Assembly: GCA_002344215.1 (NCBI GenBank)
Contig: DDSV01000034.1
Location: 147,164-211,163 of the forward strand
Direction: 5' to 3'
DNA from: Akkermansiaceae bacterium UBA2381
GTDB lineage: Bacteria > Verrucomicrobiota > Verrucomicrobiia > Verrucomicrobiales > DEV007
Length of the DNA stretch: 64,000 nt
Shown: in pieces, positions 17,993-26,727 of the stretch
Layout of the letters: each line of letters starts with the position of its first letter
Position numbering within the stretch: position 1 is the first letter of the stretch
Notes under the pieces: generated by a model
The model's input: the letters and a program-made list of their open reading frames with translations, nothing else
Databases searched by the model: none
Told to the model about the DNA's origin: nothing
Translations under genes and position numbers: made by a program

Positions 17993-19012
17993 TCAGTTTT
18001 TTGGCAGGCCCGCAAGAACCCGTCCTCGCGCGTCCTCGACCTTCTTTTCCTGTGCGGAGATGAGCGGGTCGAACATGGGGATCTCTTTGGCGTTTTGTCC
18101 CTGTTCGTGTTTGCGGAAAAGGAAGAGGTAAGTCTCATTCGCGGGACGCCAGCGATGAAAAAAGAGCCGGTCTTTTTCAATGATGGCCGCCCGCAGTTCG
18201 GCGAAGGCGGGATTGTTCTGATCGACCAGCGCTCCTTCGGAATAGCCGAGCCCCTTGGCCAGTTCACGGGCCACCACGGCATGACCGGCCTCGCTGTAGT
18301 TGACTCCATCGTTCGTCAGGGGTGGATTGGCGGGTTCGCCCTTGAAGTTGTCACCACCGAGCGCGGCAAAGAGATCGACAAAACGCAGGCGGTTCGTTTT
18401 TGCCAGATCACGAATGCCGTCTCGGAAGCTCGCGAGATTTCGGTTGTTGGCAGTTTGGTCAGGGAGGGGGGCTCCGAGGTTCTCCAGCGGTGGAGGGGAG
18501 ATCAGGACAATCTCGCGCAGTCCTTCGCCCGAGGCCGAGCGAACCCGATCGATGAGTCCCTGATAGCCGTCGAGGAAGACTTTCCGGCTTGCCTCCAGTC
18601 CGGCAGCGGAGGTCGCTGCGTGGGCCGCTTCATTCGTCCATCCCTGATCCACCGACATGGCGGCTTCAGATCCGTAGCAAAGGAGCGCCGCCGTGGGTTT
18701 CACTTCCGTTAGGTTGCGGGTGAGACGGTCGCGACCTTCGGCGGGTGGGCCGAAATAGGAGCGGGCGTCGCCGAAGACCGTGTCACCGCTCCAGCCGAGA
18801 TTGCGAAGCGTGACTCCTGAGACACCGGAACCCGCAGCGATCTGCAGGGTCGTTTCGAGATGACCGTAGAGCCGCGCCCGTTCAAAGAGCGTGGTGCCGA
18901 CCAGGGCGATGCGGTCGCCAGATTTCAGGAGCGGTCCGCTTTCCTGGGCGAAAAGGGAACCGGGGATGAGGAGCGATCCGGCAAGAAGTCCGGAGAGGAG
19001 AGGGGATTTCAT
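17993..19012 (-). CDS. Secreted SGNH/GDSL hydrolase family protein
   Basis: Signal peptide MKSPLL..., GDRIALVGTT, RNLGWSGDT, TNDGVNYSEAGH. Catalytic Ser and His positions look substituted (T, N). Confidence 0.8.
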   Translation of the reverse strand: MKSPLLSGLLAGSLLIPGSLFAQESGPLLKSGDRIALVGTTLFERARLYGHLETTLQIAAGSGVSGVTLRNLGWSGDTVFGDARSYFGPPAEGRDRLTRNLTEVKPTAALLCYGSEAAMSVDQGWTNEAAHAATSAAGLEASRKVFLDGYQGLIDRVRSASGEGLREIVLISPPPLENLGAPLPDQTANNRNLASFRDGIRDLAKTNRLRFVDLFAALGGDNFKGEPANPPLTNDGVNYSEAGHAVVARELAKGLGYSEGALVDQNNPAFAELRAAIIEKDRLFFHRWRPANETYLFLFRKHEQGQNAKEIPMFDPLISAQEKKVEDARGRVLAGLPKN

Positions 19013-19163
19013 AGGGGCAAAGGCGGGCAACCGACAGGGAAATGGACACGGTTTCCAGCACAGGGGCCAGTCCCCGTACACGCTAATCGTGTGTCACGCG
19101 GGGTCGTATCTGTACCGTTTTTGAAAGGGGCAATCCAGTAAAATGAGAGGAAAATAATGCCCT

Positions 19164-19194
19164 GACAGGGTTGATCGGAGGTCTCGACCCTGTC
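19164..19194. repeat. 11-bp-stem intergenic hairpin (REP-like or terminator)
   Basis: GACAGGGTTGA tcggaggtc TCGACCCTGTC, just downstream of the 19216 stop. Confidence 0.5.
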
Positions 19195-19215
19195 TGGTCT
19201 GGCGTCTATTCTCGA

Positions 19216-19770
19216 TTATTGCCCGTCGTCAGAAAGGCTCACCTTCTGGGCACCCCATCTGACCGAGACGGATTCCCGACGCATCTCCAGGCGCAACTGA
19301 AAGGAGGCATTCTTTGCGATTCCATCAACCAGGAGGTTGATCTCGTCTTCCGGACCATCTGAAGGATCCTCGCCATTCAGGGCGATCGGCAAGGTGGCGG
19401 ACACCTTCAAGTCCGTCGCCTGTTCACTGAGGATGGCAAGCGCCTCCAGGAAGTTCCGGTGTCCATCCTCGTAGTTCTTCGTGATAACCTCGAATCCGTG
19501 AGACACCAGAATTCCCTGATGAAAGTTGAACTCTCCTTTCGCGTCGAGTCCGAATAACTTCGTTTTGACCAGGATCTCTGTGTTGTCATCACCGGCGTCA
19601 GCGGTGGGCGGCGGGCAGTCGGGTATGAGCCTCTTCAGATCGCCGGGTGACTCGACAAACTGGAGGCTGGAGAGAAGGCCAAGGTATTTGGATTCTTCGC
19701 TGAGATCCTCTGAGATTGCATGGGTCGCGCAGCAGGAAAGCCACAGTATGGTGATGATCAGGGGTTTCAT
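19216..19770 (-). CDS. Hypothetical exported protein
   Basis: 184 aa ORF with N-terminal signal MKPLIITILWLSCCATHA. No recognisable domain. Confidence 0.65.
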   Translation of the reverse strand: MKPLIITILWLSCCATHAISEDLSEESKYLGLLSSLQFVESPGDLKRLIPDCPPPTADAGDDNTEILVKTKLFGLDAKGEFNFHQGILVSHGFEVITKNYEDGHRNFLEALAILSEQATDLKVSATLPIALNGEDPSDGPEDEINLLVDGIAKNASFQLRLEMRRESVSVRWGAQKVSLSDDGQ

Positions 19771-20003
19771 ATTGAACTATTTCAACTAGTAAAATCTCCT
19801 ATCGTCCCGCTCGCGGCTCACCAGTCCGGACTGGCCGATTCGGAAAAATGGGAGCGGGGAATCCCGGTGGACGAAGGTCGATTTTAGCGAGAGCGGAAAA
19901 GGGCCGCCAACCCGAATATGGTTCGATTCGTAGCACAAGTGCACTTGCAAAGCCACCGATAAGGACGGGGGGCCAGATCAAAAAATCTGAACGACTTCGT
20001 GTC

Positions 20004-20022
20004 TTTGTGGCTTCGTGTGCCA
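20004..20022 (+). repeat. 19-bp direct repeat, copy 1 (TTTGTGGCTTCGTGTGCCA)
   Basis: 18/19 identical to 20818-20836. Part of octamer run CTTCGTGT CTTTGTGG CTTCGTGT. Confidence 0.75.
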
Positions 20023-20049
20023 TCCCATACGATCGAGAATCCACCCCTA

Positions 20050-20652
20050 TCAAAACAACTCCATCTGAGCCGGTGGTTCTTTCGGTTTCACCAGCGGATT
20101 GGCCGACTCCTCGACCTGAATGTTCTCCGGGAGCGGAGCAAAGGTCTCGATCTCTCCGGCGAAGTAAGGAGTAATCTGATCCTCCTGCAGGATCGCCGGC
20201 ATCCGATTATGAATGGGAGCCATCACGCTGTTCGCACGGGTGGTAATCATGGAAAAGCAGGGCCCAAATTCGGGGGACAGCTCCCAGAGTCCGGCGATCC
20301 AGAACCAGCCCTGATCGGTTCGGGTAAAGCAATGGGTCTGTTTTCGGCCTTTGGGTCCGGACCATTCATAGAAGGCGCTCACGGGGATAACACAGCGACG
20401 CTCGCGAAAGGGGGTGGACCACATTGGGCCTGAAAGTTTGTCCTCACGGGCATTGTTGATCGTGCCGAGCCGGGGGCGCTCGAATCCCCACCGCATCGAC
20501 ACCTGTTCGAAGGCGGCGGTGATGATGGGCGCGGCATCGGTGCGGCGAATAAGACGGGGGGCCGAACCGCTGACAAGAGGCCCGGTGATCACCTGAAGAC
20601 TGTCTTCCGGCAATCGCTTCACCTGGCGACCGATGTCATAGGCGTTGCACAT
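20050..20652 (-). CDS. SOS response-associated peptidase (SRAP/YedK/HMCES family), abasic-site DNA-protein crosslinker
   Basis: N-terminal MCNAY (Cys2), MRWG, NNAR.., RRCVIPVSAFYEW, AGLWE, ITTRAN..MAPIHNRMPAIL. Confidence 0.92.
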   Translation of the reverse strand: MCNAYDIGRQVKRLPEDSLQVITGPLVSGSAPRLIRRTDAAPIITAAFEQVSMRWGFERPRLGTINNAREDKLSGPMWSTPFRERRCVIPVSAFYEWSGPKGRKQTHCFTRTDQGWFWIAGLWELSPEFGPCFSMITTRANSVMAPIHNRMPAILQEDQITPYFAGEIETFAPLPENIQVEESANPLVKPKEPPAQMELF

Positions 20653-20817
20653 CGGAAGAGGATAAGGGTTTGGGAGCAAAGGGCAAGGGGCTCATGCCTG
20701 GCCGGGCGGAGAGGGTGACCGTCTGTGTCAACGTGAGCAAGGCTCACACAAAGTGCTGTGCACCCCAACAGCAAAGTCACGATGAAGGTTGGGAAATAGA
20801 GAAAAAAGCTGAATGGA

Positions 20818-20836
20818 TTTGTGTCTTCGTGTGCCA
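20818..20836 (+). repeat. 19-bp direct repeat, copy 2 (TTTGTGTCTTCGTGTGCCA)
   Basis: 18/19 identical to 20004-20022. Confidence 0.75.
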
Positions 20837-21139
20837 CCTTAAAGCCCCTTCATTCGGAATGCGGTTGACCGCGAATGGACACGATTCCTGACGGTGATTC
20901 GGGGACTCCGCAGATTCATCCCCGACCGCACGACAGAAGTGTCGTGCCTCCTTTTCGCAGGCGGGGCATCCTCGAACTTGACCGGTCTCACCTCAGTGCC
21001 ATTCCTGTTTCAGGGTTGCGGTTGGAATCGGATTCCCGCTCGCGGCTTGTGTCACTGCTCTTACGCGGCTAGGATAACGCTCTGAGCCGCCTTGATTCTC
21101 TCCGATCAAACTCACTCCTCCCTCCACCAAATCCTCCCC

Positions 21140-21424
21140 ATGACCGCCTTCGACTTCCTTCTTCTTCTTTTCATCGCCGGGATCTGCGGATCGCTGGGGC
21201 AGGCTCTTGGCGGGTTCAGCCGCGGAGGCTGTCTAGTTTCAATTGCTCTCGGGTTCATCGGAGCCCTTCTGGGGATGTGGCTCGCGGAAAAATTGGGACT
21301 GCCGGAGGTTTTTGTGGTGAACATCGGCGGCAAAAACTTCCCCATCATCTGGTCCATCGTCGGGGCGACCCTCTTTGTGGCGGTTCTCGGTCTCATTACG
21401 AGGGCGGGACGGGGAAGGAGGTAG
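21140..21424 (+). CDS. GlsB/YeaQ/YmgE family (transglycosylase-associated) membrane protein
   Basis: IAGICGSLGQAL.G...GCLVSIALGFIGALLG...WSIVGATLFV. Confidence 0.85.
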   Translation: MTAFDFLLLLFIAGICGSLGQALGGFSRGGCLVSIALGFIGALLGMWLAEKLGLPEVFVVNIGGKNFPIIWSIVGATLFVAVLGLITRAGRGRR

Positions 21425-21476
21425 GTCCCCACTTGCGGCTTGGCTGGCTCTGGATTAGTGGGAGAATTTTCCTGGT

Positions 21477-21977
21477 ATGAAATCTCTCGAACTTAGATGG
21501 GGCCTCATTATCGGCCTGGCGAATATGGGCTGGCTCTACGCCTCCTACTTTTTCGGGATGCACAACAGCGGCATCGGGCTGATGCAGGTGATGGTGGCGA
21601 TGAGCTTTTTTATCTCCCTGGCGGGCTACGCGCTCGCTTTGCGTGCGATCACCCGGGCGGAGCCGGAAACCAACTTCCTCGAGGGGATGCGCTCCGGAGT
21701 GATCATTGCCGGGATCGCCGCTGCTCTCGCGATGATCAGTCAGCTCATCTATTTCCACTGGATCAATCCGGGATGGACGGCCTACATGGTCGCCGAAACC
21801 CGCAGGCATTTCAGTGCGATGGGGCTGGAGGCCCCACAGATCGAAGAAATGGCGATTCAGGCCGAAAAGAGCTTCGGTCTAACTTCGTACGTGTTTCAGG
21901 CGGGCCTCGGTGCGCTGATCAGCGGAATCATATTCAGCGCTCTAGCGATGGGCGTGATCCGCTTGCGGGCGAGGTGA
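21477..21977 (+). CDS. DUF4199-like membrane protein
   Basis: ELRWGLIIG, four TM helices, F.EGMRSG, YFHWINP. Confidence 0.75.
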   Translation: MKSLELRWGLIIGLANMGWLYASYFFGMHNSGIGLMQVMVAMSFFISLAGYALALRAITRAEPETNFLEGMRSGVIIAGIAAALAMISQLIYFHWINPGWTAYMVAETRRHFSAMGLEAPQIEEMAIQAEKSFGLTSYVFQAGLGALISGIIFSALAMGVIRLRAR

Positions 21978-22056
21978 TGCCTATTCCCGGTTGCGATGAA
22001 ATCAATACCGATGCATTGATCGATATCGATTTCGATGATGCCGGGAAAACAAGGTT

Positions 22057-23511
22057 TCAGTAGGGCAGCTCGCGGATGTAGAGGTTTTTGAAGAAGAGCT
22101 CGCTGCCGTGGTGTTGGAGTTCGATCTGATCCGCCCGGACGAGGGGGACAAGCCCGGTCTTGTCCCAATAGTTCTCAAGCTCGGTGCGGTCGACGACGAG
22201 TTTTCCGTTCAGCCAGATCGTAACCTTTTTCCCGACCATGCGGATGAGGAAGCTGTTCCATTCACCAGCAGGTTTGTCAGCAAGGACGAGGGGGGCATTC
22301 CGGGCGCGTTTGTTGTTCCAAAGCCCGCCCGAACCGAGGTTGACCCCGGTCTTGTAAAGTTCGACCCATTCCTGAGGGGTGGAGGGAGTGGTTTCCTCCT
22401 TTTTCTGGGGCTTCCAGGGGTCCCAAATCTGGATTTGGGGAGTGCCGCGCAGGTAGATTCCGCTGTCGGCTCCGGCAGGGATCTTCCAGTCGCAGTAGAA
22501 TTCGAAGTCTCCGTAGTCCTTCGCAGTGCAAAGGCTGTCCCCCAGACCGTCATAGGTGAGAACCCCATCCTGGGCGCGCCAGTGGGCGTTCATGGATTCG
22601 TCGGCCTTGGTTTGGGCTTCTTTGAGGGCGTCGCCGGCAAGAGCACGGCGCTCGACCGCGTTCTTGTGGGCGAGACCTTTCCAACCAGTGAGATCCTTGC
22701 CGGTGAACAGGGCGTCAAATCCGGCGGGAGGGGTGTTGTCAGTGCCTCCTTCGATAAGTGCGGGCGAGGGGGTAAATTCGGCCACTTTGAGATTACGGAA
22801 CTCCACGTAATCGCTGTGGCCTGAGAGAGTAATGTGCCCGCTGCGGCGGTCCTTTCCACTGAAGGCTTCCTCCATCGGCGTGAGGTCGTCGAGGAAGGCA
22901 TCGACGATGACGGCTCCATTCAGGATAACCATGATGTGGTCCTCGATGGCGACGATGGTCTGGGTATTCCACTCGCCGACCGGCTTTAGGTAGCCCTTCT
23001 TCGCAGGGTAGATTCCGTAAATGGAACCGTGGACCTGCCATGGCTTCAGCCAGGAGAGCATACGGGGTTTGCCATCGATCTGTGCCTCAGCGGAGTATTT
23101 CGCTCCATCGTGGTCGAGGATCTGGATTTCCATTCCGTCGTGGGCGGCGTGGCCTCCTTTGGGAACGCGGATACCGATGCCGTGATTGCCGCTCGCTTCG
23201 AGTTTGAAATCAAAAGTGAACGCGAAATCAGAGTATTCTTTCTCGGTTTCAAGGTTTTTGGCGCCCTTTTGGCATACAAGAATTCCATCCTTCACGATGT
23301 AGCCAGTGGTATCGCCCTGCCATCCGGTGAGGTCCTTGCCATCAAAGAGATCCTTCCATGAGGCGGACTCAAGAATCGAGAGAGGTCGTTTGGCCGCTTC
23401 GAGGTTCGGATCGGGCTTGGCTACTTTCTCCTGGGCGGAAAGGGATGAGCAGGTGAGGGTTAGGGCAAAGCCGAAGGCCTGTGCCGCTCTGATACAAGTG
23501 CGGTTCGTCAT
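22057..23511 (-). CDS. Secreted tandem DUF1080 (3-keto-disaccharide hydrolase-like) protein
   Basis: Two copies of LF.GKDLTGW...NxGI..R...EIQI...GEWN...G.I.LQ.HG...F.NL. Signal peptide from ATG 23511. Confidence 0.88.
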   Translation of the reverse strand: MTNRTCIRAAQAFGFALTLTCSSLSAQEKVAKPDPNLEAAKRPLSILESASWKDLFDGKDLTGWQGDTTGYIVKDGILVCQKGAKNLETEKEYSDFAFTFDFKLEASGNHGIGIRVPKGGHAAHDGMEIQILDHDGAKYSAEAQIDGKPRMLSWLKPWQVHGSIYGIYPAKKGYLKPVGEWNTQTIVAIEDHIMVILNGAVIVDAFLDDLTPMEEAFSGKDRRSGHITLSGHSDYVEFRNLKVAEFTPSPALIEGGTDNTPPAGFDALFTGKDLTGWKGLAHKNAVERRALAGDALKEAQTKADESMNAHWRAQDGVLTYDGLGDSLCTAKDYGDFEFYCDWKIPAGADSGIYLRGTPQIQIWDPWKPQKKEETTPSTPQEWVELYKTGVNLGSGGLWNNKRARNAPLVLADKPAGEWNSFLIRMVGKKVTIWLNGKLVVDRTELENYWDKTGLVPLVRADQIELQHHGSELFFKNLYIRELPY

Positions 23512-23573
23512 GGGCGTATCAGACCATGCGGCACGTGTCGCGACAATGACGTGGTTGCGGTGAATTCCTGATT

Positions 23574-24608
23574 TCAACCGAGGGGATCGGTGTGCTCTTC
23601 GAGGATCTCATCACTGCGCTGGATGTGCGCTTCGGCATCTTGAGGATCCGGCGTGGTTGCTATATGGAAAAGAGCATCTCCCTCGTCGGCATGGCCTTCT
23701 CTGGTGATTCCGATTATGATGCCTTCGTATTCGCTATGGATGACGGTCTCGTGGCGACCGAAAGGGTCGGCGATTATCCCGAGTTTTGTTCCCGGGACGA
23801 TGGCCTTGCCCAAATCGATGAGCGGTATCATCAACCCTCCCTGCGGAGCGCGTACCCAGGTTGTTGACTTGGCAAAGACCGTGCGGGTGGCGGGTTCGAT
23901 GACTTTTCTTTGTTTTGGCAGCATCCCGAGGTGCCGCATCACCGAGAAGACTCCCCGGAGACCGTAGCGAACTGAGTCGGACGTGATGCGCAGGGCTTCA
24001 CCACCCTCGAAAAGAATCGCGGGGATGTCCCGATTGCGGAGTTGGTGGCGCAATGAACCCTCACGGAGCCCGGTCTGGATAACGACAGGAGGTTTGAAGG
24101 CCATCGCCATCGCGGCAGCCTCCGCGTCGTTGGGAGAAATGCGAATCTGGGGAAGATTCGGTCTTCCAATCGCGCCGCCGTGAAAGTCAATTGAGTGAGT
24201 ACATCGAGCGACAACTTCCTGCAGGAAGGTATGGGCCAGTCGGGATCCTAGCGAGCCGTCGGGATGCCCCGGGAAGAGCCGGTTCAAATCCCGCCGGTCC
24301 GGGAGATAACGATTCCGGTTCAGAAAGGCCGGCATGCACACCACGGGAACAATGATGAGATCACCTCTGAGATTCTGAAAACCTCTTGATTGAAGAATCC
24401 GGCGAAGAATCTCCACTCCGATCAATTCATCTCCGTGGATCCCTGCAGTGAGAAGTAACACGGGGCCGGGTCTTTTCCCTCGCCGAATGTGAATGTTGAT
24501 GGTAACCGGCTGATAGCCAGTGAGGGAACCGATCGGCAATTCGACGACCCCCATTTCACCCGAGTGAAAGGCTGCGGTTCCGATGATCAGCGGTTTCGGC
24601 TCGTTCAT
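23574..24608 (-). CDS. Succinylglutamate desuccinylase/aspartoacylase family (M14) protein
   Basis: AGIHGDELIG, RRDLNRLFPG, IDFHGG, FEGGE, C-terminal biotinyl-like hybrid domain. Confidence 0.92.
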   Translation of the reverse strand: MNEPKPLIIGTAAFHSGEMGVVELPIGSLTGYQPVTINIHIRRGKRPGPVLLLTAGIHGDELIGVEILRRILQSRGFQNLRGDLIIVPVVCMPAFLNRNRYLPDRRDLNRLFPGHPDGSLGSRLAHTFLQEVVARCTHSIDFHGGAIGRPNLPQIRISPNDAEAAAMAMAFKPPVVIQTGLREGSLRHQLRNRDIPAILFEGGEALRITSDSVRYGLRGVFSVMRHLGMLPKQRKVIEPATRTVFAKSTTWVRAPQGGLMIPLIDLGKAIVPGTKLGIIADPFGRHETVIHSEYEGIIIGITREGHADEGDALFHIATTPDPQDAEAHIQRSDEILEEHTDPLG

Positions 24609-24666
24609 GGTTCCGGTTGAGGGGGATTGGCGGAAATGAACAGGGCAACCGTAGGGCGCATTTTGC

Positions 24667-25575
24667 CTAACCCTTCCCTTTAGTGCGGGTGCCCTTCTTC
24701 TCTTTGCCCGATTTTTCGATGAATTCGATGATCATTTTGGCGATGTCTTTCCCGGTGGCCGTTTCGATGCCTTCCAGTCCGGGGGAGGAATTCACCTCCA
24801 TGACGACAGGGCCGTGATTTGATCGCAGGAGATCCACACCGGCCACGTTCAATCCAAGGATATTGGCCGCCCGGGTCGCGGTGGACCGTTCCTCGGGAGT
24901 GATTTTGACCACGGATGCCGTTCCTCCGCGATGCAAATTGGAGCGAAATTCACCTTCCTTGCTCTGGCGTTTCATCGCAGCGACGACCTTGCCGCCGACG
25001 ACGAGGCAGCGAATGTCCGCCCCTCCCGCTTCCTTGATGTATTCCTGGGCGAGGATGTTTGCATTCAGCCCGCGGAACGCTTCGATTACCGATTCCGCCG
25101 CCTGTCGGGTTTCGGCGAGGACAACGCCAACACCCTGGGTTCCTTCAAGGAGCTTGATCACAAGCGGGGCGCCGCCGACCTGATCGATGAGGGCATCCGT
25201 GGTGCGGGGATCATGGGCAAAACCGGTCACGGGAAGTCCAATGCCCTTTCTCGCGAGCAGTTGCAGGCTGCGCAGTTTGTCGCGTGAACGCGAAATGGCC
25301 ACCGACTCGTTGACACTGGAGACACCCATCATCTCGAACTGTCGCACCACGGCGCAGCCGAAATGAGTGTAGGTTGCGCCAATCCTGGGGATCACCGCAT
25401 CAAAGCCGTCAAGTTTCTCACTGCCAAGATAGATGGAGGGACGCATCGAGGTGATCTCCATGTGGCAGCGCACATAGTCGATCACACGCATGTCGTGCCC
25501 GCGTTTGAGGCCTGCCTCGTAGAGGGCGTTGGTGGAGTAAAGCTTCTTATTACGCGACAAAATGGCTATCTTCAT
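24667..25575 (-). CDS. rimK: RimK alpha-L-glutamate ligase (ATP-grasp)
   Basis: [61 protein letters not shown]. Confidence 0.95.
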   Translation of the reverse strand: MKIAILSRNKKLYSTNALYEAGLKRGHDMRVIDYVRCHMEITSMRPSIYLGSEKLDGFDAVIPRIGATYTHFGCAVVRQFEMMGVSSVNESVAISRSRDKLRSLQLLARKGIGLPVTGFAHDPRTTDALIDQVGGAPLVIKLLEGTQGVGVVLAETRQAAESVIEAFRGLNANILAQEYIKEAGGADIRCLVVGGKVVAAMKRQSKEGEFRSNLHRGGTASVVKITPEERSTATRAANILGLNVAGVDLLRSNHGPVVMEVNSSPGLEGIETATGKDIAKMIIEFIEKSGKEKKGTRTKGKG

Positions 25576-25611
25576 GATTCAAGAAAAGGGGATTTGTGAC
25601 ACCGGCGCGGG

Positions 25612-26085
25612 TCACAGTTGAGGGTTCCGGACGCGGCGAATGGGCTTGCCGAGCTGGTAGGAAAGACCCGGGTTTACGAAGAAGCGATCCTTCATCGCGG
25701 TTCTGCCTAAAAGCATGCGAAATTTCATGTTGTCTCGATTCGTCAGGCTGAACTCCACCTTCCATGAATACGGGCCGAGGGTCACGGGAACAAGAATAAA
25801 CGGGCGAATCTCCTCATGTCCACCCGAGTCCTTTACCTGACGCTGATTGACGAGTGGGCAGTCGCACTCCACCGAGTAATCTGGCTTTCGCTGGAGGGGG
25901 TGAACCGTAAAACGGACCCGCTCCCTGCCGGAATTGTCCTCGTAAATCTCAAGGCCGCAGGTATGTAGGCACGAGGTGCGGGCGCCCGTATCAATTTTGG
26001 CTTTGATCCGGGGAATGCCGAGTTCGGGAATGGAAAGCCACTCGCGCCATCCGATGGTGTCGAGTGAATTACTGGTCGGGTTCAC
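25612..26085 (-). CDS. RimK-associated retropepsin-like protease (Zn_protease/RimB family)
   Basis: IGWREW, IKAKIDTGARTS.LH, VKDSGG..E.RP, LTNR..M.FRMLLGR. Confidence 0.92.
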   Translation of the reverse strand: MNPTSNSLDTIGWREWLSIPELGIPRIKAKIDTGARTSCLHTCGLEIYEDNSGRERVRFTVHPLQRKPDYSVECDCPLVNQRQVKDSGGHEEIRPFILVPVTLGPYSWKVEFSLTNRDNMKFRMLLGRTAMKDRFFVNPGLSYQLGKPIRRVRNPQL

Positions 26086-26167
26086 ACCGTCATGATACTT
26101 CCACCTGCGACGATCCCAAACGGATTATCGGCAAAATGGCAGTTTTGGCACGGAAGGGTCGCGTGTG

Positions 26168-26209
26168 GTAGAGTGCGCCGCGTTGGACTCCTGCGCGGAC
26201 CGGTGTGCT
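26168..26209 (+). repeat. Possible GTAG-type REP-like palindrome
   Basis: GTAG followed by CCGCG...CGCGG inner stem and G-U-rich outer stem, intergenic. Confidence 0.3.
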
Positions 26210-26649
26210 TAATCCAAACCGTACTTTGCTTTCCAGCTATCCGGAATGGCCAGTTTAAGGCCGTAGAGATACCGGATCAACTGGCCGTGGTGAGCGGCTT
26301 CATGTTCCAGAAGATCGATGATGAGACGATTCTGGACATCAGTATAGGAGTCGAGGGATGTCAAAACTTCCGAAACGGAATCAGCGGAGCGACGAAGCGC
26401 CTCACTCACCGGCGCGATGATTGAGGCAGTTTCAAGCGAACAGGAGAAACCCGACCATTGATTGGCTTTGATTGCCCGGCTGAAGCTCTCCCTGGCCCCG
26501 ACGACACACCAGAGCTGAAGGCCCGGGGTGTTCGAGGGGAGTTGAGGCAGCTTCGAATTTAGAGTTGCCTCGTCGAGAGAATCAATGAGGTCGGAATACA
26601 ATTTGAAGGACCGCTCAAAGCTCTCTTCAATGATGTTTCCCAGGGACAT
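26209..26649 (-). CDS. DinB/YfiT-like four-helix protein
   Basis: LWCVVGARES, C-terminal LLEHEAAHHGQL His cluster. Confidence 0.7.
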   Translation of the reverse strand: MSLGNIIEESFERSFKLYSDLIDSLDEATLNSKLPQLPSNTPGLQLWCVVGARESFSRAIKANQWSGFSCSLETASIIAPVSEALRRSADSVSEVLTSLDSYTDVQNRLIIDLLEHEAAHHGQLIRYLYGLKLAIPDSWKAKYGLD

Positions 26650-26727
26650 AATCTAGTTAGTGTTTCATTCGAAGGGGCGATGACCGGAGAGGGTTGTCCA
26701 CCCCATTCGACACTATCGACTCCGGAT

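Noticed and set aside
19821-19834. Perfect 14-bp palindromes CCAGTCCGGACTGG and TCATTCCGGAATGA (46683-46696)
   Set aside because: Arms differ and share only TCCGGA, which is very frequent in this sequence, so no common operator is supported
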